A stretch of 64,000 bases of DNA, taken from positions 51,523,815 through 51,587,814 of the forward strand of contig NC_058368.1 of assembly GCF_018350175.1 (NCBI RefSeq), given 5' to 3'. The translations under genes were made by a program, and so were the position numbers. Below the pieces are notes generated by a model. That model saw only the letters and a list, made by a program, of their open reading frames with translations, was not told the DNA's origin and made no database searches. The first letter of the stretch is position 1; every line of letters starts with the position of its first letter. Origin of the DNA: Felis catus. Lineage: Eukaryota. Shown in pieces: positions 50,515 through 62,774 of the stretch.

Positions 50515-53500
50515 CTGGCTATAATCAGGAGTCATTGAAATGGAAACCAACTTTTTTTTCTAAAAAATTACAGTAAATTTTAAATACCTTAGCTTTAAAA
50601 AGGTCAGAAATGTCAAGAACTTTCAAAGAAGGGCAGTCAACATAATTACAATCTCAGACAGAATTATTCAGGACAGTTTAAAAGTATTCAGTGCATAATA
50701 AATAAAGCTTTGCATCATGTATACAGCATTTGAGAGAGAATGCCAAGATGGCACAGTATTATTCTCTCTGATCCAATGAGACCTAATTAGCACTAATGGG
50801 GGGAAAATAGCAAATGAGAGCAGAAATACAGTATTATATCAGGGAAAATATCCTAATGGGCAGATTGATCAACTAATGGAAAATTCCCAAGAGAAGCAAT
50901 GTTAAGGCAATTGAAATATGTAATTAAGAGGACGGAGAACACTGGAGGAGAAATAAATGTACTGTTTGTAATTCTCTACGCAACCCTGCACAGATCAATT
51001 TCTGTTTAGAACATTTTGTCTTTATTTTGGAAATAGATAAAAACTAGCATTGCTGTATTCTTGGTGAAACATATCTAGAAAGAGAATAGAATTCTTATAA
51101 CTAGATTTTGTTTTTGTTTCTCTTGCTGATTTTAGAGTGTGCATTCTAGAAATTCCCAAAGGAGGCTCACATTTCAGTTATTCTTGTTCACTCACTTCAA
51201 TATCATAAAATTTGCTTAATTACAATATTATAATCATACGATAAAAGTCTGTAGAACAGCAACATGCATTCGGTTTATTGCAAATTGGAACAGAAAATTA
51301 AAGTCAAGTTGATGTCTGTTTATAGGAAGAATGTATTCTGGCAAGCTAAATCGGTTTGTATTGACTTAACTTTGGTTGTTGTTGGTAGATAAGTTTTCAC
51401 AGCATCATTATGTTTGCTGTAATGAATGTTGACTAAGAAGGAGAGAAGGGAGACAAACTCTTTGAAAGCTTTCAATGAGTATGATAATCTAATTGCTAGT
51501 TCAACTAAACTGTCTTCAAAATAATAGGTTATTTTGTATTATTAAACTTGGAATATAATTTTTCTATTGTACTTTCTTTTTAATATTATTTGGTGGAAAA
51601 TTTGAAATTATAGAATGAGCTGAGACATCTCAAGAATTTCACTAACGCCCTTTGAATTAAGCTTGGGCATGTTTACCAGAAATACAATACTTAATTATTT
51701 CCAGTTTGTATTAGTTGAATCAATTTTTTTTTCACTTCTAGTGAAAGAGACCAATTTAGAACTGAATAGTGATTTAGTTTTCATAGTTTAGCAATATGCC
51801 TGAATATAAGTTCACTCAAATTTACTATATCCAGCTTAACTTTCCTCTCTAGTTTTTGCTCTGTGTTGTGGCCCGAACATTTAGAATTTAAATCAAATTT
51901 CAGAAGAAGGGGTAAGTGCAAAAATATAATGTCTAGTTAATAAGAGTAAGGGTTATTATGAAAGTTTACAAACTAGTTATAAGGAAGTACTTACTTAATT
52001 ACTCCTTATACCTGTAATACACCCATTAGTTGATTTAAGCTTGCTGACCATAAACTAGGACATGTCTATGTGAATGATGAGAAATGATGAGACAGGCAGT
52101 TAATCTTGATTCTGGATCTTGGAGGAAAAAAAAGCCTTAAAATAGAATTTCAAGTCTATCACCAAGGTACTGAATCAACCTGAAAACATTCTACAGATGT
52201 CAAAAGAAAGTCTATATGGAAACGGCGATCTTCATATTTGGCAAAAATAAATTCAAATTAAAGGTAATTTAAGCCTAGTGAATAGATAATTTGCTACAGA
52301 GTGTTATATTTTCCCTCTTTCTTTGTACCAGCCATATACTGTGTTTGCTGATCTCTTTTGTGTCATAGTATCTGACTCATAGGGTGTTCACAAATCAAAA
52401 CGATAATCTATTAATCTTTATTCTTCCATGGGCATAAAGCCATATTCCCTGTAAAGTCACAGCGATTATTTCTGTAATTATATGGTTGTATCTTATTCTT
52501 TAGCTATATGTCTGCTAAATTATATTCATGACACAATAGCATTGGTTGTTGATATCAAGCTAATATTAAACAGTGAGTCTCTTAAGACAGGGACCTTACT
52601 AATCACTCTAGTATGGCTAGCATACCTAGTAGGCACGGCACAAAGTAGAGCAAACAACCTCTAATACAGATAAGATAAAAGCGTTATCATCCTATTGTTA
52701 AGGCAATGGATTTCTTGCCCCACTGACTGGCTAGAATGCTAGGTACCTAGTGGCTGGTTAACACCTTCAAAGGTTGGGATAACTAACACAATTCACTGAA
52801 ATGGACTGTGTTCTCTGTGTTTAAGCTAAAACTTTAGGGAGGGTGGACTCTTACTCCAGGATCCCTATATATAGTCCTTCTCAATTTGATTGAACACTTT
52901 CAAATTTTAAAGGATGGTAATTTAAGATTTCACTGCTTCAAAGAGAGTAGTAATTTAATATTTTACTATTTAACTATGGTGCAAAATGAGACTGTTAGTG
53001 ACAAAGTATCATAATTCCAAATCTCCATTTATGTCAGGTTTTGCAGACTTTAGAAGTTAGGAAGTTGATATGAATGTTAGTAATTCTTAATATTGGTGCC
53101 CAATTTGAGATTTCAAGTGCTATTTCCCATTTCATAGTCTGGGGAAAGTATGTTTTGTATTTTGTTTTCTTTTTAACAGCATTATTGAAGTATAATTGAC
53201 ATATAATAAACTGTATTTAAAGTATAAAATGATGTTTTAGCTTATTTGTTTACCTGTGAAACTATCACCATACTCATGATAATGAGCACATTCATCACAC
53301 TCAAAAGTTTTTTTGTAATCCTCATTTCTTCCTTTCTTCCCTACTCCCCATCCCTAAGAAAGCTCTGATCTATTTTCTTTCACTTAGCTTGCATGTTTCA
53401 AATGTAATATAAAAGGAATTGTGTAGTAAGTACTCTTTTTTGTCTGTTTTCACTTTAGCATAGTTATTTTGGATTCATCTATGTTACTGTGTGTATCAAT

Positions 53501-53832
53501 AGTTCACTTTTATGCTGAGTATATTCCATTATATGTATATACTACAGTTTGCTTATCCATTTACCTATTAATGGATATTTGGGTTGTTTCAAGTTGAGGC
53601 CATTACATTAAAGCCACTATGAAAAGTCTTATATGAATCTTTGTATGGACATGTACTTTCATTTCTGTAGGCAAATATTGTAGGTATAAAATGATGGGAT
53701 CATATTCTAGGTCTATGATTAATTTTTCAAAAACTGCCAACTTTTTTCCAAAGCATTCTACTGTTTTACATTGCTATTTGTAGTGGGTAAGAGTTGTTGG
53801 CAATCCAATTCTTGCCAATATTTGGTATAGTC

Positions 53833-54466
53833 TTTTTTTTTTCAATATATGAAGTTTATTGTCAAATTGGTTTCCATACACACCCAGTGCTCATCCCAAA
53901 AGGTGCCCTCCTCAATACCCATCACCCACCCTCCCCTCCCTCCCACCCCCCATCAACCCTCAGTTTGTTCTCAGTTTTTAAGAGTGTCTTATGCTTTGGC
54001 TCTCTTCCACTCTAACCTCTTTTTTTTTTTTTTTTCGCCTCCCCCATGGGTTTCTGTTAAGTTTCTCAGGATCCACATAAGAGTGAAACCATGTGGTATC
54101 TGTCTTTCTCTGTATGGCTTATTTCACTTAGCATAACACTCTCCAGTTGCATCCATGTTGCTACAAAGGGCCATATTTCATTCTTTCTCATTGCCACGTA
54201 GCACTGTTGGTAGGAATGCAAATTGGTGCAGCCACTCTGGAAAACAGTGTGGAGGTTCCTCAAAAAATTAAAAATAGACCTACCCTATGACCCAGCAATA
54301 GCACTGCTAGGAATTTACCCAAGGGATACAAGAGTACTGATGCATAGGGGCACTTGTACCCCAATGTTTATAGCAGCGCTCTCAATAATAGCCAAATTAT
54401 GGAAAGAACCTAAATGTCCATCAACTGATGAATGGATAAAAAAATTGTGGTTTATATACACAATGG
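53833..54466 (-). mobile_element. Young felid L1 3' end with 5' inversion (twin priming)
   Basis: Antisense 53833-54201, sense 54201-54466; TSD TGGTAT[A/G]GTCTTTTTT at 53823-53838 and 54464-54479. Confidence 0.93.
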
Positions 54467-54499
54467 TATGGTCTTTTTTAAAAAGTTTTTTTCATCACT

Positions 54500-54868
54500 T
54501 TACAAAATTATTTAGTTTCAAGTTTTTATTTAAATTTCAGTTAACATATAATGTAATGTTAGTTTAAGTGAAGAATTTAGTAATTCATCACATACATATA
54601 ACACCCAGTGCTCATCACAAACAAATGCCCTCCTTAATGCCCATCACCCATTTAGCCACCCTTTACCCACCTCCCCTCCAGCAACCCTCAGTTTGTTCTC
54701 TATTGTTAAGAGTTTTATGGTTTGCCTCTCTCTCTCTTTTTCCTCCCTATTTTCCTCTGTTTGATTTCTTAAATTCCACATATGAGTGAAATCATATGGT
54801 ATTTTTCTTTCTCTGACTAACTTATTGCACTTAGCATAATACACTCCAGCTCCATCCATGTGGTTGCA
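54500..54868 (-). mobile_element. Carnivore L1 3'-end fragment
   Basis: ACACCCAGTGCTCATCAC...TAAATTCCACATATGAGTGAAATCATATGG...CCATCCATGTGGTTGCAA. Confidence 0.9.
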
Positions 54869-55046
54869 ATATTTGAGTATAGTTGACGTACAATGTTACA
54901 TTAGTGGTATAACCAGCCTTCTTGATTTTAGCCATTCTAATAGCTGTGTAGTGGCATATCATTATGGCTTTAATCTCCATTTCCCTAATGACTAAAGATG
55001 TTGAGCATTTTTTCATATGCTTATTTGCTATACACATATCTTCTTT

Positions 55047-55269
55047 TTTTTTTAATATTTTTTTTTCAACGTTTATTTATTTTTGGGACAGAGAGAGACA
55101 GAGCATGAACGGGGGAGGGGCAGAGAGAGAGGGAGACACAGAATCGGAAACAGGCTCCAGGCTCTGAGCCATCAGCCCAGAGCCTGACGCGGGGCTCGAA
55201 CTCCCGGACCGCGAGATCGTGACCTGGCTGAAGTCGGACGCTTAACCGACTGCGCCACCCAGGCGCCCC
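55047..55269 (-). mobile_element. Very young SINEC_Fc-like SINE
   Basis: CpGs intact; perfect TSD TACACATATCTTCTTT at 55031-55046 and 55270-55285. Confidence 0.98.
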
Positions 55270-55628
55270 TACACATATCTTCTTTAGTGAAGTATCTGTT
55301 CAATATTCTGATCAATTTAAAATGATTATATTATTTGTTGTTTTTTTTTTATTATTGAATTTTGAGGGTTTAACAAAAGTACATTCTTTGTTTTCTCCAA
55401 GTATGAGGCTTTTTTTTTCTCTTAACAGTGACTTTCTAAGAGAAGAAATTAAAATGACAAAGCCAACTTATTATTTTTTTCTTCTATTAATTGTGTTTTT
55501 GGAGGTACAGCTAAGAAATCTTTGCCTAACCCAAGGAAACAAGTATTTTCTCTTATTCTTTTGTATAGATGTTTTGTAGCTGTAGATTTTATATTTAGGT
55601 CTTTAGTGCATTTAAAAGTAATTTGTTT

Positions 55629-56375
55629 AAATAAACATAGGGGTGCGTATATCCCTTTGAGTTAATGTTTTGTTTTCTTTGGGTAAATACCCAGTAGTGG
55701 AATTACTGAAGCATATGGTATTCTATTTTTAATTTTTTCAGGAACCTCTGTATTGTCTTCCACAGTGGCTGCACCAGTTTGCATCCCCAATGGCAGTGCA
55801 GGAGGGTTCCTTTTTCTCCATGTCCTCACCAATACTTGTTGTTTCCTGAGTTTTTTAGTTTAGCCATTCTGACAAGTGTGAGGTGCTATCTCATCATGTT
55901 CATTGCAGCATTATTTACAATAGCCAAACTATGGAAGCCCAAGTGTCCATTGATAGACGAGTAAAGAAGATGTGGTGTATATATACAATGGAACATTATT
56001 CAGCCATCAAAAGGAATGAAATGTTGCCATTTGCAACAACATAGATAGATCTAGGGAGTATAATGCTAAGTGAAATAAGCCAATCAGAGAAAGACAAATA
56101 CCATATGATTTCACTCATATGTGGAATTTAAGAAACAAAACACCAAACAAAGGGGAAAAAAAGACAACCTCTAAAACAGATTCTTAACTATAGGGAACAG
56201 ATGGTTACCAGAGGGGTGGTGGGCGAAGGGATGGGTGAAATAGGTGAAGGGGATTAAGAGTATACTTACCATGATGAGCACTGAGAAACACATGGAACTG
56301 TTGAATCATTATATTGTACAGCTGAAACTGATGTATCATTGTATGTTAACTACACAGGATTTAAAACAAAAAAAA
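55629..56375 (+). mobile_element. Carnivore L1 3' end with 5' inversion (twin priming)
   Basis: Antisense 55629-55895, sense 55896-56375 ending in an A tail; both parts meet at the same L1 position (ATGTT[T/C]ATT). Confidence 0.9.
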
Positions 56376-56588
56376 TATATATATTTATATATAAATATAT
56401 ATATTTATATAAATATATATTTATATATATATATATTTATTTATATACATATATAAACTGAACTTCAATTCATCTCTCATACCATATATACTAATTACTT
56501 AAATTTTTATATATATATATAAATTTATATATATATATAATATATTATATATATATTATATATATATTATATATAATATATACATATA
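56376..56588. repeat. TA-rich low-complexity tracts enclosing a 46-bp inverted L1 piece
   Basis: TA runs at 56376-56454 and 56501-56588. Confidence 0.93.
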
Positions 56589-56636
56589 TTGATCCAAGTA
56601 TTCTAGCACCATTTATTGCAAAGACTGTTCTTTCTT

Positions 56637-56861
56637 TTTTTTTTTTTAATTTTTTTTTCAACGTTTATTTATTTTTGGGACAGAGAGAGACAGAGCATGA
56701 ACGGGGGAGGGGCAGAGAGAGAGGGAGACACAGAATCAGAAACAGGCTCCAGGCTCTGAGCCATCAGCCCAGAGCCCGACGCGGGGCTCGCACTCACGGA
56801 CCACGAGATCGTGACCTGGCTGAAGTCGGACGCTTAACCGACTGCGCCACCCAGGCGCCCC
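56637..56861 (-). mobile_element. Very young SINEC_Fc-like SINE
   Basis: Near-identical to 55047-55269; perfect TSD AAGACTGTTCTTTCTT at 56621-56636 and 56862-56877. Confidence 0.98.
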
Positions 56862-57789
56862 AAGACTGTTCTTTCTTATTGAATTGCTTGAGCACATCTG
56901 TTAAAAAAGTCATATGGCCCTATATGTGTAGATCTGCTTTTGGAATCTCTATTCTGTACTATTGGTCTATTTGTATATTCACATCCATATATCACAGTCT
57001 TGATAACTGTAGCTTTATTGTAAGCATTAAAATATGGTATCATCAGTCTTCCAACTTTTTCAAAGTTATTTTGACTGTTCTAAATTCTTTGATGTTTCCA
57101 TGTGAATTTTAGAACTTTTGTCAATTTCTACACAAAATCTCCTTTTTTTGGTCTGGAATTGTGTTGAATCTTTAGATCAGTCTGGGGAAAAATACATCCT
57201 AACACTATTGAGTTTTTCAACCTTTGAACATGGTATATCTCTCAATTTGTTTAGGTCTTTCTTAATTTCTCTGGCTGTGTTCTATAGTTCTCAATATATA
57301 AGGCTTGCACATCTTTTGCCAGATTTACCCTAAGTATTTCTTATGTTTATGCTATTATAAATGGTACTGTACTTTTAATTTCTGACAGTTTGTTGCTGGA
57401 ACATAGAGGTAAGAGTGATTTTTCTATGTCACTCTTATATCTGCAACCTTGCCTAATTCATTCGTTTAATATTTTTGTGTGTGTGTGGATGCCATAGGAT
57501 TTTCTACATAAATGTTTGTCATCTCTGAGTGAAGATAGTTTTTCTTTTCCAATATAAAGGATTTTAAATATCCTTTTCTTTCCCTTTTGCACTGGCTGGG
57601 ATCCTCAATATAATGTTGGATAGAATTGCTGAGAGCGGATACACTTCCCTTGATCATGATTGTAAGGAGAAAGCTTTCTCTCTTTCACCATTAAGTATGA
57701 TGTTAGCTGTAGGTTTCTCATAAATGTCACTTAGCAGTTTGGAAGTTCTCTCCTTATGTTGCTGAAACTTGTATCAAGAAAGAAATTGG

Positions 57790-57993
57790 AGGGCACTTGG
57801 GTGCCTCAATCGGTTAAGTGCCTGACTCTTGATTTTGGCTCAGGTCATGATCTCATGGTTTGTGAGTTCAAGCCCCACGTTGGACTCTGTGCTGACAGTG
57901 CAGAGCCTGTTTAGGATTCTCCCTCTCTCTCGATCTGCCCATCCTCTGCTCCTCTCTCTCTCAAAATAAATAAATAAATAAATCTTTTAAAAA
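57790..57993 (+). mobile_element. Can-SINE (older subfamily)
   Basis: GGGCACTTGGGTGCCTCAATCGG head; degenerate TSD AAGAAAGAAATTGGA / AAGAATAGATTTGGA. Confidence 0.94.
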
Positions 57994-58033
57994 AAGAATA
58001 GATTTGGATTTTCTCACATGCTGCATTTATTTA

Positions 58034-61000
58034 TTTTTCATTTATGTTTCCTTTACTATTTTTTTAATATGAAATTTATTGTCAAATTGGTTTTCATACA
58101 ACACCCAGTGCTTATCCCAACAGGTGCCCTCCTCAACACCCATCACTCATCCTCCCCTCCCTCCCACCCCCCATCAACCCTCAGTTTGTTCTCAGTCTTT
58201 AAGAGTCTCTTATGCTTTGGCTCTCTCCCACTCTAACCTCTTTTTTTTTCCTTCCCCTCCCCCATGGTCTTCTGTTAACTTTCTCAAGATCCACATAAGA
58301 GTGAAAACATATGGTATATGTCTTTCTCTACATGACTTATTTCACTTAGCATAACACTCTCCAGTTCTGTCCACGTTGCTACAAAAGGCCATATTTCATT
58401 CTTCCTCATTGCCATGTAGTATTCCATTGTATATATAAACCACAATTTCTTTATCCATTCATCAGTTGACGGACATTTAGGCTCTTTCCATAATATGGCT
58501 ATTGTTGAGAGTGCTGCTATGAACATTGGGGTACAAGTGCCCCTATGCATCAGCGCTCCTGTATCCCTTGGGTAAATTCCTAGCAGTGCTATTGCTGAGT
58601 CATAGGGTAGATCTATTTTTAATTTTTTGAGGAACCTCCACACTGTTTTCCAGAGTGGCTGCACCAGTTTGTATTCCCACTAACAGTGCAAGAGGGTTCC
58701 CGTTTCTCCACATCCTCTCCAGCATCTATAGTCTCCTGATTTGTTCATTTTGGCCACTCTGACTGGCGTGAGGTGGTATCTGAGTGTGGTTTTGATTTGT
58801 ATTTCCCTAATGAGGAGCGACATTGAGCATCTTTTCATGTGCCTGTTGGCCATCTGGATGTCTTCTTTAGGGAAGTGTCTATTCATGTTTTCTGCCCATT
58901 TCTTCACTGGATTATTAGTTTTTCAGGTGTGGAGTTTGGTGAGTTCCTTATAGATTTTAGATACTAGCCCTTTGTCCAATATGTCATTTGAAAATATCTT
59001 TTCCCATTCCATTGGTTGCCTTTTAGTTTTGTTGATTGTTTCCTTTGCAGTGCAGAAGCTTTTTATCTTCATGAGATCTCAATAGTTCATTTTTGCTTTT
59101 AATTCCCTTGCCTTTGGAGATGTGTCAAGTAAGAAATTGCTGCGACTGAGGTCAGAGAGGATTTTTCCTGCTTTCTCCTCTAGGGTTTTGATGGTTTCCT
59201 GTCTCACATTCAGGTCCTTTATCCATTTTGAGTTTATTTTTGTGAATGGTGTAAGAAAGTGGTCTAGTTTCATTCTTTTGCATGTTGCTGTCCAGTTCTC
59301 CCATTTGTTAAAGAGGCTGTCTTTTTTCTATTGGATATTCTTTCCTGCTTTGTCAAAGATGAGTTGGCCATACTTTTGTGGGTCTAGTTCTGGGGTTTCT
59401 ATTCTATTCCATTGGTCTATGTGTCTGTTTTTGTGCCAATAGCATGCTGTCTTGATGATTACAGCTTTGTAGTGGAGGCTAACGTCTGGGATTGTGATGC
59501 CTCTTTGGTCTTCTTCAAAATTACTTAGGCTATTTGGGGCCTTTTGTGGTTCCATACAAGTTTTAGGTTTGCTTGTTCTAGCTTGAAGAAGAATGCTGGT
59601 GCAATTTTGATTGGGATTGCTTTGAATGTGTAGATAGCTTTGGGTAGAATTGACATTTTAACAATATTTATTCTTCCAATCCATGAGCATAGGATGTTTT
59701 TCCATTTCTTTGGGTCTTCTTCAGTTTCCTTCATAAGCTTTCTATAGTTTTCAGCATACAGATCTTTTATATCTTTGGTTAGATTTATTCCTAGGTATTT
59801 TATGCTTCTTGGTGCAATTGTGAATGGGATCAGTTTCTTTATTTGTCTTTCTGTTGCTTCATTATTAGCGTATAAGAATGCAACTGATTTCTGTACATTG
59901 ATTTTGTATCCTGCAACTATGCTGAATTCATGTATCAGTTCTAGCAGACTTTTGGTGGAGTCTGTCAGATTTTCCATGTATAATATCATGTCATCTGCAA
60001 AAAGTGAAAGCTTGACTTCATATTTGCCAATGTTGATACCTTTGATTTCCTTTTGTTGTCTGATTGCCAATGCTATCACTTCCAACACTATGTTAAACAA
60101 CAGCGGTGAGAGTGGACATCCCTGTCATTTTCCTTCTCTCAGGGGGAAAGCTCTCAGTTTTTCCCCATTGAGGATGATATTAGCTGTGGGCTTTTCATAA
60201 ATGGCTTTTATGATGTTTAAGTATGTTCCTTCTATCACGACTTTCTCGAGGGTATTTATTAAGAAACGATGCTGAATTTTGTCAAATGCTTTTTCTGCAT
60301 CGATTGGTATGATCCTATGGTTCTTATATTTTCTTTTATTAATGTGATGTATCACATTGATTGATTTGTGAATGTTGAATCAGCCCTGCAGCCCAGAAAT
60401 GAATCCCACTTGATCATGGTAAGTAATTCTTTTTATATGCTGTTGAATTCGATTTACTAGTATCTTATTGAGAATTTTTGCATCCATATTCATCAGGGAT
60501 ATTGGTCTGTAGTTCTCTTTTTTTGGTCTGGTTTGGGAATCAAAGTAATGCTGGCTTCATAGAACGAGTCTGAAAGTTTTCCTTCCCTTTCTATTTTTTG
60601 GAACAGCTTGAGAAAGATAGGTATTTTCTCTGCTTTAAATGTCTAGTAGAATTCCCCAGGGAAGCCATCTGGTCCTGGACTCTTATTTGTTGGGAGATTT
60701 TTGATAACTGATTCCATTTCTTCACTGATTATGGGTCTGTTCAAGTTTTCTATTTCTTCCTGTTTGAGTTTTGGAAGCATGTGGGTGCTTAGGAATTTGT
60801 CCATTTCTTCCAGGTTATCCAGTTTGTTGGCATATAATCTTTCATAGTATTCCCTGATAATTGCTTGTATTTCTGAGGGATTGGTTGTAATAATTCCATT
60901 TTCATTCATGATTTTATCTATTTGGGTCATCTCCCTTTTCTTTTTGAGAAGCCTTGCTAGAGGTTTATCAATTTTTTTTTATTTTTTCAAAAAACCAACT

Positions 61001-62105
61001 CTTGGTTTCATTGATCTGCTCTACAGTTTTTTTTTTTTTAGATTGTATATTGTTTATTTCTGCTCTGATATTTATTATTTCTCTTCTTCTGCTGGGTTTG
61101 GGGTGTCTTTGCCATTCTGCTTCTATTTCCTTTAGGTGTGCTGTTAGATTTTGTATTTGGGATTTTTCTTGTTTCTGGTGATAGGCCTGGATTGCAATGT
61201 ATTTTCCTCTCAGGACTGCATTTGCTGCATCCCAAAGCATTTGGATTGTTGTATTTTCATCTTAATTTGTTTCCATATATTTTTAAATTTCTTCTCTAGT
61301 TGCCTGGTTGACCTATTCATTCTTTAGTAGGGTGTTCCTTAACCTCCACGCTTTTGGAGGTTTTCCAGTCTTTTTCCTGTGGTTGATTTCAAGTTTCATA
61401 GCATTGTGGTCTGAAAGTGTGCATGGTATGATCTCAATTCTTTTATGCTTATGAAGGGCTGTTTTGTGACCCAGTATGTGATCTATCTTGGAGAATGTTC
61501 CATGTGCACTCGAGAAGAAAGTATATTCTGTTGCTTTGGGATGCAGAGTTCTAAATATATCTGTCAAGTCCATCTGATCCAATGTATCATTCAGGGCTCT
61601 TGTTTCTTTATTGACCATGTGTCTAGAGGATCTATACATTTCTGTAAGTGGTGTATTAAAGTCCCCTGCAATTACCACATTCTTATCAATAAGGTTGCTG
61701 TGTTTGTGAGTAATTGTTTTATATATTTGGGGGCTCCCATATTTGGCACATAGACATTTATAATTGTTAGCTCTTCCTGATGGATAGACCCTGTAATTAT
61801 TGTATAATGCCCTTCTTCATCTCTTGTTACTGCCTTTAATTTAAAGTCTAGTTTGTCTGATGTAAGTATGGCTACTCCAGCTTTCTTCTGACTTGCAGTA
61901 GCATGATAGTTCTCCATCCCCTCATTTTCAATCTGAAGGCATCCTCAAGTGTAAAATGAGTCTCTTGTAGATAGCAAATAGATGGGTCTTGTTTTTTTAT
62001 CCATTGTGATATCCTGTGTCTTTTGGTTGGAGCATTTAGTCCATTTACATTCAGTGTTATTATTGAAAGATATGGGTTTAGAGTCATTGTGATGTCCGTA
62101 GGTTT
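58034..62105 (-). mobile_element. Young felid LINE-1, truncated just 5' of ORF2; full-length but disrupted ORF2 (EN, RT, C-terminal)
   Basis: [93 protein letters not shown][T/C]TATTTA at 58017-58033 and 62106-62122. Confidence 0.97.
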
Positions 62106-62533
62106 CATGCTGCATCTATTTATAAGATTATAATTGTTTTTCAGTTTGGTAATATACAGTATAATATTTGTAGGTTTTCCCATTATCAGTGGGACAAAGC
62201 ACATACCAAAAATCCAAATTACACAGAATTCAATATGAATTTTTCTAACAGAATGATGATAAGTTTCTGGAAATAAAGAGACATACAGAATGTACTAGAG
62301 AAAAAAAGATATTGTTAGTATAAAGCCATCCAGTTTTGGAGGAAAGACAATTCTTGATTTCTGGTGATACAAGAAAGAAGAAGGAACAGTAAATATTTGT
62401 GCCATTCAAAGCAAGCAGTTCACTGAATTTCTTTGTGAATATTGGACCATTATGTGTTAGTACTGGTCTTTAATATTAGGTGATTTGGATTTTTGTGTTG
62501 TATGCAGCAATCCTCTCTTGAGTTCCATCTTTT

Positions 62534-62774
62534 TTTTTAATTTTTATTTTTGAGAGAGAGAGAGAGAAAGGGAGAGAGAGACAGAGACAGAGAGACAGAG
62601 ACAGAGTGTGAATAGGGGAGGAGCAGAGAGATAGGGAGACACAGAATCTGAAGCAGGCTCCAGGCTCTGAGCTGTCAACACAGAGCCTGACACAGGGCTC
62701 GAACCCATAAGCTGTGAGATCATGACCTGAGCTGAAGTCGGATGCTTAACTGGGACTGAGCCACCCAGTCACCC
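62534..62774 (-). mobile_element. Can-SINE
   Basis: TSD CTCTTGAGTTCCATCTTTT at 62515-62533 and 62775-62793. Confidence 0.97.

Larger units (their letters stand above)
53168..62200 (-). mobile_element. Old L1M host element (3'UTR to RT region) fragmented by nested younger L1s and SINEs
   Basis: Collinear antisense L1 pieces at ~53168-53830, 54915-55040, 55286-55626, 56590-56630, 56878-57790 and 62106-62200. Confidence 0.75.

Noticed and set aside
58034..62105. Possibly active L1
   Set aside because: No 5'UTR or ORF1, and ORF2 is broken into many short frames.
62253..62340. C/D snoRNA candidate (ATGATGA box C)
   Set aside because: No CTGA box D or terminal stem at a suitable distance.
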